DNA of 64,000 nt from an uncultured delta proteobacterium (GTDB taxonomy: Bacteria > Myxococcota > Myxococcia > Myxococcales > Myxococcaceae). Below, one piece after another: positions 48,691 to 57,796 of this stretch. The stretch is taken from assembly GCA_963796055.1 (NCBI GenBank), contig CAWCKH010000005.1, positions 64,001 through 128,000 on the forward strand, written 5' to 3'. Numbering within the stretch: the stretch's first letter is position 1; each line of letters begins with the position of its first letter. Under the pieces are notes generated by a model that saw only the letters and a program-made list of their open reading frames with translations, had not been told where the DNA came from and made no database searches. A program made the position numbers and the translations under genes.

Positions 48691-49563
48691 ATGCGCCGTC
48701 TGCTGTCGTCGCTGCTGCTGCTCACCGTCGCCTGCGCGCTGGGGGACTACTCCGGCGGCACGGGCAATCTGAACAACGGGCCCGATGGGGGCTCGAACGG
48801 CGGTGGCGGCGTCGTGCCGGGTGACCTGCCGTGCGACGTGGCGACCTTGCTCTCCGCCCATTGCACCAGCTGCCACGGCACGCCGCCCAGTGGCAACGCG
48901 CCGATGCCGCTCGACAGCCACGCGGCCCTCACCGCCCTCTCCAGCACGTTCGCCGGGCAGTCCGAGGCCCAGCGGTCGCTGGTCCGGATGGAGGACTCGG
49001 CCTCGCCGATGCCGCCCGGAACCGGGGTGACCGTCCCCGCCGCGGACATCGCCGCGTTCGCCAGCTGGGTCGACGCCGGCACGCCCACCGGAAGCTGCGC
49101 GCCGGCGCAGGACCCGGTGTTCAGCGCGCCCCCCAAGTGCAGCAGCAACAGCTACTGGACCAACGGAGACGAGGGCAGCTCCCAGATGCACCCCGGCGTG
49201 GCCTGCATCGCTTGTCACGCCAGGAGCGGCGATGCCCCGAACTTCGCCATCGCCGGCACCGTCTACCCGACCGGGCACGAGTTCGACGACTGCAAGGGAA
49301 CCGCTGCGGCGGGAGCCAGCGTCACGGTCACCGACAAGAACGGCGTGTCGCGCAGCTTCGGGGTCAACTCGGTAGGAAACTTCTACGGCAACCCGGGTGG
49401 GGGCTGGCCGGCATTCCCGATCACCGCCACGGTGAGCTTCAACGGGAAGACCCGGAGCATGGCCACCGCGGTCCCCTCCGGGGATTGCAACACCTGCCAT
49501 ACCCAGAGCGGCACCGCGGTGGGTGGAATCCCCGCGCCGCCGGGGCGCGTTGCGCTACCCTGA
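48691..49563 (+). CDS. Triheme c-type cytochrome lipoprotein
   Basis: Lipobox TVAC. CTSCH with distal MPP, plus CIACH and CNTCH. Confidence 0.85.
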   Translation: MRRLLSSLLLLTVACALGDYSGGTGNLNNGPDGGSNGGGGVVPGDLPCDVATLLSAHCTSCHGTPPSGNAPMPLDSHAALTALSSTFAGQSEAQRSLVRMEDSASPMPPGTGVTVPAADIAAFASWVDAGTPTGSCAPAQDPVFSAPPKCSSNSYWTNGDEGSSQMHPGVACIACHARSGDAPNFAIAGTVYPTGHEFDDCKGTAAAGASVTVTDKNGVSRSFGVNSVGNFYGNPGGGWPAFPITATVSFNGKTRSMATAVPSGDCNTCHTQSGTAVGGIPAPPGRVALP

Positions 49564-49570
49564 GCCCGCC

Positions 49571-50014
49571 TTGAGACGCGTCCTCCTCGCCACCACGGTG
49601 CTCGCCGGTGGGCTGGCGCACGCCTCGTCCACCTTCCCGGAGGAGATCCGGGCCCACCTCGCACTGTCGTACACCCCGGACTGCTCGCTCTGTCACGCCA
49701 ACGGGCAGACCGGCTTCGGGACGGTGACCACGCCCTTCGGGACGTCGATGCGCTCCCGCGGACTGGTGGCGCAGAACCTCGCCAGCCTCGACACCGCGCT
49801 GGACGCGCTGGCGGCGGAGAACAAGGACAGCGATGGTGACGGGGTCGGAGACACCGACGAGCTGAAGGCCGGAAGCGACCCGAACGTGGCGGGGGGAGGC
49901 AGCTTTCCGCCGCCGACGTACGGCTGCTTCGATGTGAGCGGGCAGCTCTCCTCGCCGCTGGCGCTGCTTCCCCTCGCGCTGGCCTGGCTGGCGCTCCGCA
50001 TGCGCCGGGCCTGA
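49571..50014 (+). CDS. Small secreted monoheme protein with a DxDxDG Ca-binding loop and MYXO-CTERM-like tail
   Basis: Signal peptide ending AHA, CSLCH, DSDGDGVGDTDE, and YGC + TM + RMRR. TTG start. Confidence 0.75.
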   Translation: MRRVLLATTVLAGGLAHASSTFPEEIRAHLALSYTPDCSLCHANGQTGFGTVTTPFGTSMRSRGLVAQNLASLDTALDALAAENKDSDGDGVGDTDELKAGSDPNVAGGGSFPPPTYGCFDVSGQLSSPLALLPLALAWLALRMRRA

Positions 50015-50120
50015 CCGACGCGGGCGGCCCGGCACGACGCACGGGCGAACGAGCGCCCTCCCCGACCGAGATTGCCCGAGGACGCACGGTCGCCCGTCTC
50101 CTGTCGCTTCGCTCCGACGG

Positions 50121-50285
50121 CTAGACCGTTCGTCCTCGCCCGAAGATGAGCGACAGCACGGCCAGGATGAGGAAGAGGAAGAACAGAACCTTGGCGATGC
50201 CAGCGGCGCCGGCTGCGATGCCGCCGAAGCCGAAGACCGCGGCGATGATCGCGATCACGAAGAAGACAGCAGCCCAGTACAGCAT
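50121..50285 (-). CDS. DUF1328 (UPF0391/YtjA-like) small membrane protein
   Basis: Manual translation [54 protein letters not shown]. Confidence 0.9.
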   Translation of the reverse strand: MLYWAAVFFVIAIIAAVFGFGGIAAGAAGIAKVLFFLFLILAVLSLIFGRGRTV

Positions 50286-50396
50286 CCGTGTGACCCCCTG
50301 CTGGAGTTGAACGGGTGCAAGCTGGGCCGCTCGGAACCGCAGCGGAAGTGGCGTTGTTCAGCCGGGAACGAAGTGCGCCGCGCACGCGGCATGCCA

Positions 50397-51563
50397 TCAC
50401 CGTCCGGCCGCGGGGCCTCCGCCCTGGGGAGCGAGCGGCTGCACCGGGTCGCCGTCGGAGAGCTCGGCGCTCGGGTTGAGCACCACCCGCTCCCCTCCCT
50501 TCAGCCCGGTGAGGATCTGGACGCGGCGGCCGTCGTCGTCGCCGGGCTGGATGCGGACCAGCTTCACCCGGTTTCCCGCTTCGAGCTGCGCGACGTAGAG
50601 CGCATCCCCCCGCCACGCCAGGGCCTCCCCGGGGACCACCGGCGTGCGCCGGCCCGGGAACCGAATCTTCACGTTGACGTAGCTGCCGGGGTAGAGGCGC
50701 ACCGGCTCGTTGGGGATGTCCATCTCCACCAGCATGGTGCGGGTGCGCGCATCGATGCCCTGCGAGGTGCGAGTCACCTTGGCCTCGATGGGATGCGACG
50801 GATCGTCCGGAAGGGCGATGGCCACCGGAGCGCCGGGGCGGATTTCCGCCGCATCGTCCTGGCCGACGTAGACCTGCACCCGCATGGTGCGCATGTCGGC
50901 CACCTCGAACAGCGGCTGGACCGACTGGTTCGACGAGGTCCCCGCAGCCACCAGCGCTCCGGGGTCCACATACCGGGCGGTGACCACCCCGTCGAAGGGC
51001 GCGCGGAGCTGCTCGTAGGACTGAGTCGCCAGCAAGCTCTGCAGCGTCGCCCGGGCGACGGCGAGGGCACCCTCGGCGGTGTCCAGGTCCTGCTGGGCGA
51101 TGAAGCCCTGCGGCCGGAGCTTGCGGGCCCGGTCCGCCTGTACCTGCTTCACCTGGAGGTCCGCCCGGGCCCCGAGGACGGCCTGATCCGTCTCCGGCGA
51201 CTCCAGGCGAGCGAGCAGTTCGCCCTTCTTCACCGGGGTCCCCTTGTCGACCTTCACCTCGCGCACGTACCCCGCCACCTTCGAGTACAGGGTGGACTGG
51301 TTCCAGGCCCGCACCTCGCCGGGCAGGCTCAAGGTCCGGTCGGCGGCGGAGAGCTCCACGTCGGCGACCCGGACCGCCGGGCCGCGGTCGAGCACGGTCG
51401 CCCGCTGCGCGCGCTCGCGGGCGTCGGCGTTCCGCCGAGTCAACGCCAGCGCCCCCACCCCCAGCAGCGCGAGCAGCACCAGCACGATGGTCCCGATGGT
51501 CAGTGCCCTGGGCCGGGCTGGCGCCTGTGGCTCGGTCTTCGCCATCTCGTGCAGCTCGGTCAT
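50397..51563 (-). CDS. RND efflux periplasmic adaptor (MFP)
   Basis: SKVAGYV..V.VDKG, LRAPFDGVVT and DARTRTM. Confidence 0.92.
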   Translation of the reverse strand: MTELHEMAKTEPQAPARPRALTIGTIVLVLLALLGVGALALTRRNADARERAQRATVLDRGPAVRVADVELSAADRTLSLPGEVRAWNQSTLYSKVAGYVREVKVDKGTPVKKGELLARLESPETDQAVLGARADLQVKQVQADRARKLRPQGFIAQQDLDTAEGALAVARATLQSLLATQSYEQLRAPFDGVVTARYVDPGALVAAGTSSNQSVQPLFEVADMRTMRVQVYVGQDDAAEIRPGAPVAIALPDDPSHPIEAKVTRTSQGIDARTRTMLVEMDIPNEPVRLYPGSYVNVKIRFPGRRTPVVPGEALAWRGDALYVAQLEAGNRVKLVRIQPGDDDGRRVQILTGLKGGERVVLNPSAELSDGDPVQPLAPQGGGPAAGR

Positions 51564-54500
51564 GCGAGCGCTCCCGGGTGTGCGCCCTGGCTCTCCTCCA
51601 AGAAGCGCTCGTCCAGCCGGTGCGCGCGGGGCTCCTTGCGGCGGAGCACCGAGTAGATCACCGGGACGATGAACAGGGTCACGAAGGTGGCCACCAGCAG
51701 GCCGCCGATGACCGCGCGACCGAGCGGAGCGTTCTGCTCGCCGCCCTCCCCGAGCGCAAGGGCCATCGGCAGCATCCCCAGCACCATCGCCAGCGCGGTC
51801 ATCAGCACCGGGCGGAGCCGGATCTTGCCCGCCTCCAGCGCGGCCTCGAGCGGTCCGAGCTGCCGCTGGCTCCGGACCTCGTTGGCATAGGACACCAGGA
51901 GGATGCTGTTGGAGACCGCGATGCCCACCGCCATGATCGCGCCCATGAAGGACTCGACGTTGAGCGTGGTCCCGGTGACCCCCAGCATCCAGAGGATGCC
52001 CACCAGTGCGCCCGGCACGGCACCGAGGATGATGAACGGGTCCAGCCAGGACTGAAAGAGCACCACCATCAGCAGATAGACCAGCACCACCGCCAGGATG
52101 AGTCCCAGCCCGAGCGCGCTGAACGAGGTGCGCATGCTCTCGATCTGGCCGCGCACGGAGACCTTCATCCCCTTGGGAAGCTCGTGGAGCGAGTCGATGG
52201 CCTTCTGGATCTCCGCCGCCACCGACCCGAGATCGCGCCCCTCCGCCGCGGCCTGTACGTTGATCACCCGCTGGATGGTGGAGTGGTTGACCGAGGCGAG
52301 GGTCTTCCCCGGCGAGAGCTGAGCGAAGCTTCCGAGGTAGAGGCTGCCCGGGGACGAGGCGGCGTCGGTGAGTCCGCGGGTCAGCGTCTGGCGGAGCGGC
52401 TGGGAGCCGGCGACGGTGAGGGGAGTGGCGAGGAGGTCTCCGGTGCTCCGCATCAGCGGGAGCGGCGTCTGGACCGCGACGATGTAGTTCACGTTGTTCT
52501 GGGGGCTGAGCCAGAAGTTGGGGTTCACCAGGGAGCTGCTGCTCAGGGAGATGAGGAGGTTGTTCGCCACCTCGCGCTGCGAGAGCCCGACCTGCGCCGC
52601 ACGCAGCCGATCGACGTCCAGGTTCAGTGCCGGGTAGTCGAGCACCTGGGGAATGCGCACGTCGACGATGCCCGGGATGCGCCGCAAGCGCGCCGCGAGC
52701 TGCCGGCCGACGGTGAAACCCTTTTGCAGATCGTTGGACTCGATCACCACGTCGATCGGTGCGGGCAGCCCGAAGTTCAGCACCTGGGTGACGATGTCCG
52801 CCGGCTGGAAGTAGAGCGAGCTGCCAGGGAAGGCCTGCGCAAGCTCCTGGCGGATCTGCTTCATGTAGTCGCGGGTGGGGCGGTGGTCCGGCCTGAGCGA
52901 GATGAGGATCTCCGCGTCCTGGGGACCGATGTTGTCGGTGGAGACGAAACCCAGGTTGTACGAGAGTGGGACCCCGATGTTGTCGTTGAGCGAACCGAGC
53001 TCCGAGGCGGGGATGATCTCCCGGATCTTCCGCTCGGCCTCGAGCACCATCCGCTCGGTGTCGGTGATCCGGGTGCCGATCGGCGCCCGGAAGTGGAGCC
53101 GCATCAGGCCGGCGTCCACCTCGGGGAAGAAGTCGAGCCCGACGAATGCCGGGAGCGCCGCGGAGACCAGCACCACCACCCCGAAGGTGGCGAGCATCCA
53201 GTTCCGGTGGTGGAGCGCCACGTCGAGCAGCCGCCCGTAGGTGGACTGGAAACGCTCGTAGCCGTGGTCTCTCCAGCGGTTGAAGCGGGCGAAGGGGCCG
53301 GTGCCCTCCGTCTCCGAGTGGGCGTCCTCCCGTTCGAGCAATCGCGCCAGGGCCGGCACCAGGGTCCGGCTGAGGACGTAGGAGGCGAGCATGGAGAACA
53401 CGACCGCCACCGCCAGCGGGGTGAAGAGGTAGCGCGCCGGCCCGGTGAGCAGCACCACCGGGAAGAAGACGATGCAGATGGTGAGCGTGGCTGCCAGCGC
53501 CGGGGTGGCAACCTCGTGCGCTCCATCGAGGATGGCCACGGTCAGCCGTTTCCCGGCGGCACGGTTGCGGTGAATGCTCTCCACCGCCACGGTCGCATCA
53601 TCCACCAGCATGCCGATGGCCAGGGCCAGGCCTCCCAGGGTCATGAGGTTCAGGGTGTTGCCGGTGGCGAAGAGGCCGGCGATGCCCACCAGGATGGCCA
53701 GGGGGATGGAGCTGGAGACGATGGCCACGCTCCGGAAGCTCCCCAGGAAGAAGAGGATCATCAGCGAGACCAGGATGGAGCTGATGACCGCCTCGTGAAG
53801 CACGTTGGAGAGCGCGGCCCGGACGAAGATCGACTGGTCGAAGTCGAGCTTTAGCGCGATGCCGTCCGGCGCGGTGGCCTGGATGGACGGGAGCAGGTCC
53901 TTCACCCCGTCCACCACCGCCAGGGTGCCAGCGTTGGAGTGCTTGAGGATGACGATGTAGCTGGCCCGCTTGCCGTCGATGTGAACGATGTTCTGCTGGA
54001 CCGCGAATCCGTCCCGGACGTGGGCCACGTCCCGGAGGAGCACCGGGGCCCCGTTCACCACCTTGACCGGGAGCGCATTGAACTGGTCGACGGTCGCGGG
54101 GCTGGAGTTGAGCTTGACGTTGTACTCGGTCGAGCCGATCTGCGCGCTTCCCGCCGGGATGATGACGTTGGATTGGAGGAGTGCAGTGACCACGTCGGTG
54201 GGGCTCAGCCCCTTGGCGGCGGTGGCCCGCGGGTCGACGTCGACCATGATCTGCCGCTGCTTGCCGCCGTAGGGTCCGGGGATGGAGGTTCCCGGGATGG
54301 TGAACAGCCGCACCCGGAGGAAGTTGAGACCGTAGTCAAAGAGCTGTTGCTCGCCGGCGGTATTGCTGCTGACGGTGATCTGGGCCACCGGGACGTTGCC
54401 GGCGTTGAACCGGAGCACGATCGGAGGCTGGATGCCCGAAGGCATGATCCGGCTGGCGGTGAGGGAGACCGAGGTGATCTGCGCGATGGCGGTCCCCAGG

Positions 54501-54802
54501 TCGGCGTCCGGCTCGAAGTAGAGCTTGAGCAGCCCCACCCCGGCAATGGACTGAGACTCGATGTGGCTGATGCCATCGATGGTGGTGGAGTAGGCCCGCT
54601 CGCTGATCAGGACGATGCGCCGCTCCATGTCCTCGGCCGAGAGCCCGGGGTAGTTCCACACCACGATGACCACCGGGATGTCGATCGACGGAAAGATGTC
54701 GGTCCGCATCCTTGTGACCGAGAGCAGCCCGGCGATGAAGATCAGCGCCGAGAAGACGGCCACGGTGTAGGGCCGGCGAAGCGCCAGCCGGACGATCCAC
54801 AT
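51560..54802 (-). CDS. RND efflux permease
   Basis: 1080 aa. DIFPSIDIPVV, GMLVDDATV, RLRPVLMT and PLGRAVIGGL. Confidence 0.95.
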   Translation of the reverse strand: MWIVRLALRRPYTVAVFSALIFIAGLLSVTRMRTDIFPSIDIPVVIVVWNYPGLSAEDMERRIVLISERAYSTTIDGISHIESQSIAGVGLLKLYFEPDADLGTAIAQITSVSLTASRIMPSGIQPPIVLRFNAGNVPVAQITVSSNTAGEQQLFDYGLNFLRVRLFTIPGTSIPGPYGGKQRQIMVDVDPRATAAKGLSPTDVVTALLQSNVIIPAGSAQIGSTEYNVKLNSSPATVDQFNALPVKVVNGAPVLLRDVAHVRDGFAVQQNIVHIDGKRASYIVILKHSNAGTLAVVDGVKDLLPSIQATAPDGIALKLDFDQSIFVRAALSNVLHEAVISSILVSLMILFFLGSFRSVAIVSSSIPLAILVGIAGLFATGNTLNLMTLGGLALAIGMLVDDATVAVESIHRNRAAGKRLTVAILDGAHEVATPALAATLTICIVFFPVVLLTGPARYLFTPLAVAVVFSMLASYVLSRTLVPALARLLEREDAHSETEGTGPFARFNRWRDHGYERFQSTYGRLLDVALHHRNWMLATFGVVVLVSAALPAFVGLDFFPEVDAGLMRLHFRAPIGTRITDTERMVLEAERKIREIIPASELGSLNDNIGVPLSYNLGFVSTDNIGPQDAEILISLRPDHRPTRDYMKQIRQELAQAFPGSSLYFQPADIVTQVLNFGLPAPIDVVIESNDLQKGFTVGRQLAARLRRIPGIVDVRIPQVLDYPALNLDVDRLRAAQVGLSQREVANNLLISLSSSSLVNPNFWLSPQNNVNYIVAVQTPLPLMRSTGDLLATPLTVAGSQPLRQTLTRGLTDAASSPGSLYLGSFAQLSPGKTLASVNHSTIQRVINVQAAAEGRDLGSVAAEIQKAIDSLHELPKGMKVSVRGQIESMRTSFSALGLGLILAVVLVYLLMVVLFQSWLDPFIILGAVPGALVGILWMLGVTGTTLNVESFMGAIMAVGIAVSNSILLVSYANEVRSQRQLGPLEAALEAGKIRLRPVLMTALAMVLGMLPMALALGEGGEQNAPLGRAVIGGLLVATFVTLFIVPVIYSVLRRKEPRAHRLDERFLEESQGAHPGALA

Positions 54803-54910
54803 GAGAGACCCCGACCCTCCAGAACGAAGCTTCGTACTAACGCTGGCCTGGACGCGAGCCCACCCGTCTACACATGGGAGACACGCGCTCCGCGCACCGG
54901 GGAAGGTTTC

Positions 54911-54922
54911 TTGTGATCACAA
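54911..54922. promoter_or_regulatory. Perfect 12-bp palindrome TTGTGATCACAA, candidate operator between the divergent RND operons
   Basis: AT-rich self-complementary 12-mer near the centre of the 54803-55013 intergenic region. Confidence 0.55.
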
Positions 54923-55013
54923 CGTTTCCTGCACCCGGGTGTCGGGCCTCGGAACGGTGGACGATCCCCAGGAAAAAGATGCGCTCCGGCCCGGACTGGA
55001 GCATGAGGGGGCC

Positions 55014-56402
55014 GTGCTCACCCGCACTGCCCTTCTCGTCCTCGCTCTGGCAGCCGTTCCCGGGGGCGCCCGGGCACAGTCGACCCCCCCGGACGCCGGT
55101 ACAGCCCCGGTGATGCAAGTGCCCCTCCGCTCACCGGCGGAGCCTTCCCCCGACGCCCCCAACGTGCTGCACCTGGTCGACGCCGTGCAGGCCGCCCTCC
55201 AGAACCAGCCGCAGCTCGTCGAGGCCCGGGCCAACGCCGCGGCCGCCGAGGGCCGGGTCATCCAGGCCCGCTCGCCCCTGCTCCCCCAGGTGACCCCGCA
55301 GGCCTCGTGGACCCGGAGCTACCGCGCCCTCACCTCCGTCGCCACCGGCGGCACCGGGACCACCGCCAACACGGCGGTGTGCGTCACCAGCGCATGCAAC
55401 ACCTGGCGCTTCGGGGTGGCAGGTACCCAGACCCTCTTCGACCCCTCCACCTGGGCTGGTTGGGAGTCCTCGCAGCGGCTCGCCGAGTCGCTGAACGCCA
55501 CCGCGGCCGCCACACTGAACAACGTCATCCTGAACGTCCGCGTCTTCTACTTCCAGGCCCGTGCCACCCGGGACCTGGTCTGGGTGGCCGATCAGACCCT
55601 GAAGAACCAGATCACCCACCAGCAGCAAGTCGAGGGCTTCGTTCGGGTGGGAACCCGTCCGGAGATCGATCTCGCCCTGGCGAGGCTGAACGTCGCCAAC
55701 GCCCGGGTGCAGCTGATCAATGCCCAGAACAACGACCGGATCGCCAAGGCCCAGCTCAATCAAGCAATGGGGTTGCCTCAGGGCACCGACTACCAGGTCG
55801 CCGGAGACGAGCTGGCGCCCCTCGACGTGGAGGACCGGCCGCTGACCTTCCTGTTTGACCAGGCGCTCGCCTCCCGTCCGGAGATCGCCTCGTTCGACTA
55901 CGCGAGGCAGGCCTCGGGCAAGGCGCTCGACTCGGCCCGGTGGGGCTGGAGCCCGACCATCGGGTTCAGCGGGAGCTACTACAAGGCGGGGCCGGAGCTG
56001 GACGCGCTGGCGGACAGCTGGGCCTTCGGATTCACCCTGACCTGGCAATTGCTCCAGGGAGGCCTCACCGTCGGCCGGGTGCGCGAGGCCGAGCAAAATC
56101 TCGTGTCCTCGACGGCTGCCCTCACCGGCGAGCAGCTTCAAGTCCGGTTCGACGTCGAGCAGGCCCAGGCCACACTCCTCGGCAACAGGGAGAGCGTGGT
56201 CGCCTCCCAGGACGCGGTGGACAACGCCCGGGAGCAGCTCCGGCTGGCCGAGGGCCGGTACCAGGCCGGGGTGGGCACCATCATCGAGCTCAGCGACGCC
56301 CAGGTGCAGCTGACCACCGCCGCGGCGCAGCTGGTCCAGGCGCAGTACAATCTCTCCACCGCGCGAGCCCGGCTGCTGGCCGCGCTCGGCCGGCAGGAGT
56401 GA
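55014..56402 (+). CDS. TolC-family outer membrane efflux protein
   Basis: Signal peptide, two OEP repeats, and RYQAGVGTIIELSDAQ. GTG start after GAGGGGG. Confidence 0.9.
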   Translation: MLTRTALLVLALAAVPGGARAQSTPPDAGTAPVMQVPLRSPAEPSPDAPNVLHLVDAVQAALQNQPQLVEARANAAAAEGRVIQARSPLLPQVTPQASWTRSYRALTSVATGGTGTTANTAVCVTSACNTWRFGVAGTQTLFDPSTWAGWESSQRLAESLNATAAATLNNVILNVRVFYFQARATRDLVWVADQTLKNQITHQQQVEGFVRVGTRPEIDLALARLNVANARVQLINAQNNDRIAKAQLNQAMGLPQGTDYQVAGDELAPLDVEDRPLTFLFDQALASRPEIASFDYARQASGKALDSARWGWSPTIGFSGSYYKAGPELDALADSWAFGFTLTWQLLQGGLTVGRVREAEQNLVSSTAALTGEQLQVRFDVEQAQATLLGNRESVVASQDAVDNAREQLRLAEGRYQAGVGTIIELSDAQVQLTTAAAQLVQAQYNLSTARARLLAALGRQE

Positions 56403-57796
56403 CCGTGGCCGAGACTTCCCCCGAGCAGCCGCCCCCACCCGGGTCCCCGGCATCAGGGGCGGCCCGCCGTTCGCGCCGGTGGGTCCTGGTCGGCATTGCC
56501 GTCCTGATCGTCCTGGGCATCGTGCTCCTCCGGCGGGGCAAGGGCGACGGCTCCAAGGGCCCCGGGGGCGGGGCCCAGGCCCGGGTCGTGCCGGTGGGCG
56601 TCTCGGCGGCGGAAAAGCGCGACGTGCCCATCTGGGTGGAGGGCCTGGGCAACGTCACCTCGCTCGCCACCGTCACGGTGCGCGCCCGGGTGAGCGGGCA
56701 GATCGTCTCCATCGCCTTCCAGGAGGGCGCCCGGGTCAAGCAGGGGGAGCGGCTGGTGCAGGTGGATCCGCGGCCGTTCAAGATCGCACTGCAGCAGGCG
56801 GAGGCCACCAGCGCCCGGGACCTGGCGACACTGAAGAACGCCGAGCGCGACCTGGCGCGCTACAACGACCTCGCCTCCCAGAAGCTCATCTCCCAGCAGC
56901 AGCTCGACCAGCAGCGGGCCACCGTGGACGCCGCCCGGGCGACGCTGGCCCTCGACCAGGCGGCGGTGAACAACGCCCGGCTCAACCTCCAGTTCTCCAG
57001 CGTCACCTCGCCCATCGACGGCATCGCCGGCGTCCGGCAGGTGGACCTGGGGAACCTGGTCACTTCCACCGACGCGAACGGCATCGTGGTGCTCACCCAG
57101 ATGGACCCCATCGCAGTGCTCTTCACCCTCCCCCAGGACGACCTCCCGCGGGTGTCGGAGGCGTTCTCCCGGGGTCAGCTCCTGGTCGAGGCCTGGGACC
57201 GCAGCGGTCTGGCGAAGCTGGGCACCGGCAAGCTGACGGTCATCGACAACCAGGTGAACCCCGGCACCGGCACCATCCGTCTCAAGGCCGAGTTCCCCAA
57301 CCCCGAGCTTCGCCTCTGGCCGAGCCTGTTCGTGAAGGCGCGGATGCGCCTGCAGACGCGCCAGGGGGTGGTGGTCGTCCCCACGCCCGCGGTCCAGCGC
57401 GGTCCGAACGGCACGTTCGTCTACGTGGTCGGCCCCGACAGCACGGTGGCGGTGCGAACCGTGCAGCTGGACACCACCCAGGGATCGCTGACCATCGTCG
57501 CCCAGGGCATCCAGACCGGTGAGCGGGTGGTGGTGGACGGGCAGAACCAGCTCCGCGCCGGAGCCAAGGTGGATCCCCGGCCGGTGCCGATGCCGGCGAC
57601 GCCGGGCGAGCAGCAGCCGCCGCAGGCCGCGCCGCGCTCCCAGGCCGAGGGCGGCACGCCGGACGCCCAGGGGCAGCGGTCGCCGGCACCCGCGCAGGGA
57701 GCGCAGTCGGGGCAGCCCCGGCCCGACGAGACACCGCAGCAGCGGCAGGCCCGTCAGTCACAGCAGGGGGCGCCGCGCGAAGCGAGCGTGCAGTGA
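56399..57796 (+). CDS. mdtA: MdtA/MuxA-type RND periplasmic adaptor
   Basis: TVRARVSGQ, VDPRPF, GVRQVDLGNLV and IDNQVNPGTGTIRLKAEF. Confidence 0.88.
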   Translation: MTVAETSPEQPPPPGSPASGAARRSRRWVLVGIAVLIVLGIVLLRRGKGDGSKGPGGGAQARVVPVGVSAAEKRDVPIWVEGLGNVTSLATVTVRARVSGQIVSIAFQEGARVKQGERLVQVDPRPFKIALQQAEATSARDLATLKNAERDLARYNDLASQKLISQQQLDQQRATVDAARATLALDQAAVNNARLNLQFSSVTSPIDGIAGVRQVDLGNLVTSTDANGIVVLTQMDPIAVLFTLPQDDLPRVSEAFSRGQLLVEAWDRSGLAKLGTGKLTVIDNQVNPGTGTIRLKAEFPNPELRLWPSLFVKARMRLQTRQGVVVVPTPAVQRGPNGTFVYVVGPDSTVAVRTVQLDTTQGSLTIVAQGIQTGERVVVDGQNQLRAGAKVDPRPVPMPATPGEQQPPQAAPRSQAEGGTPDAQGQRSPAPAQGAQSGQPRPDETPQQRQARQSQQGAPREASVQ

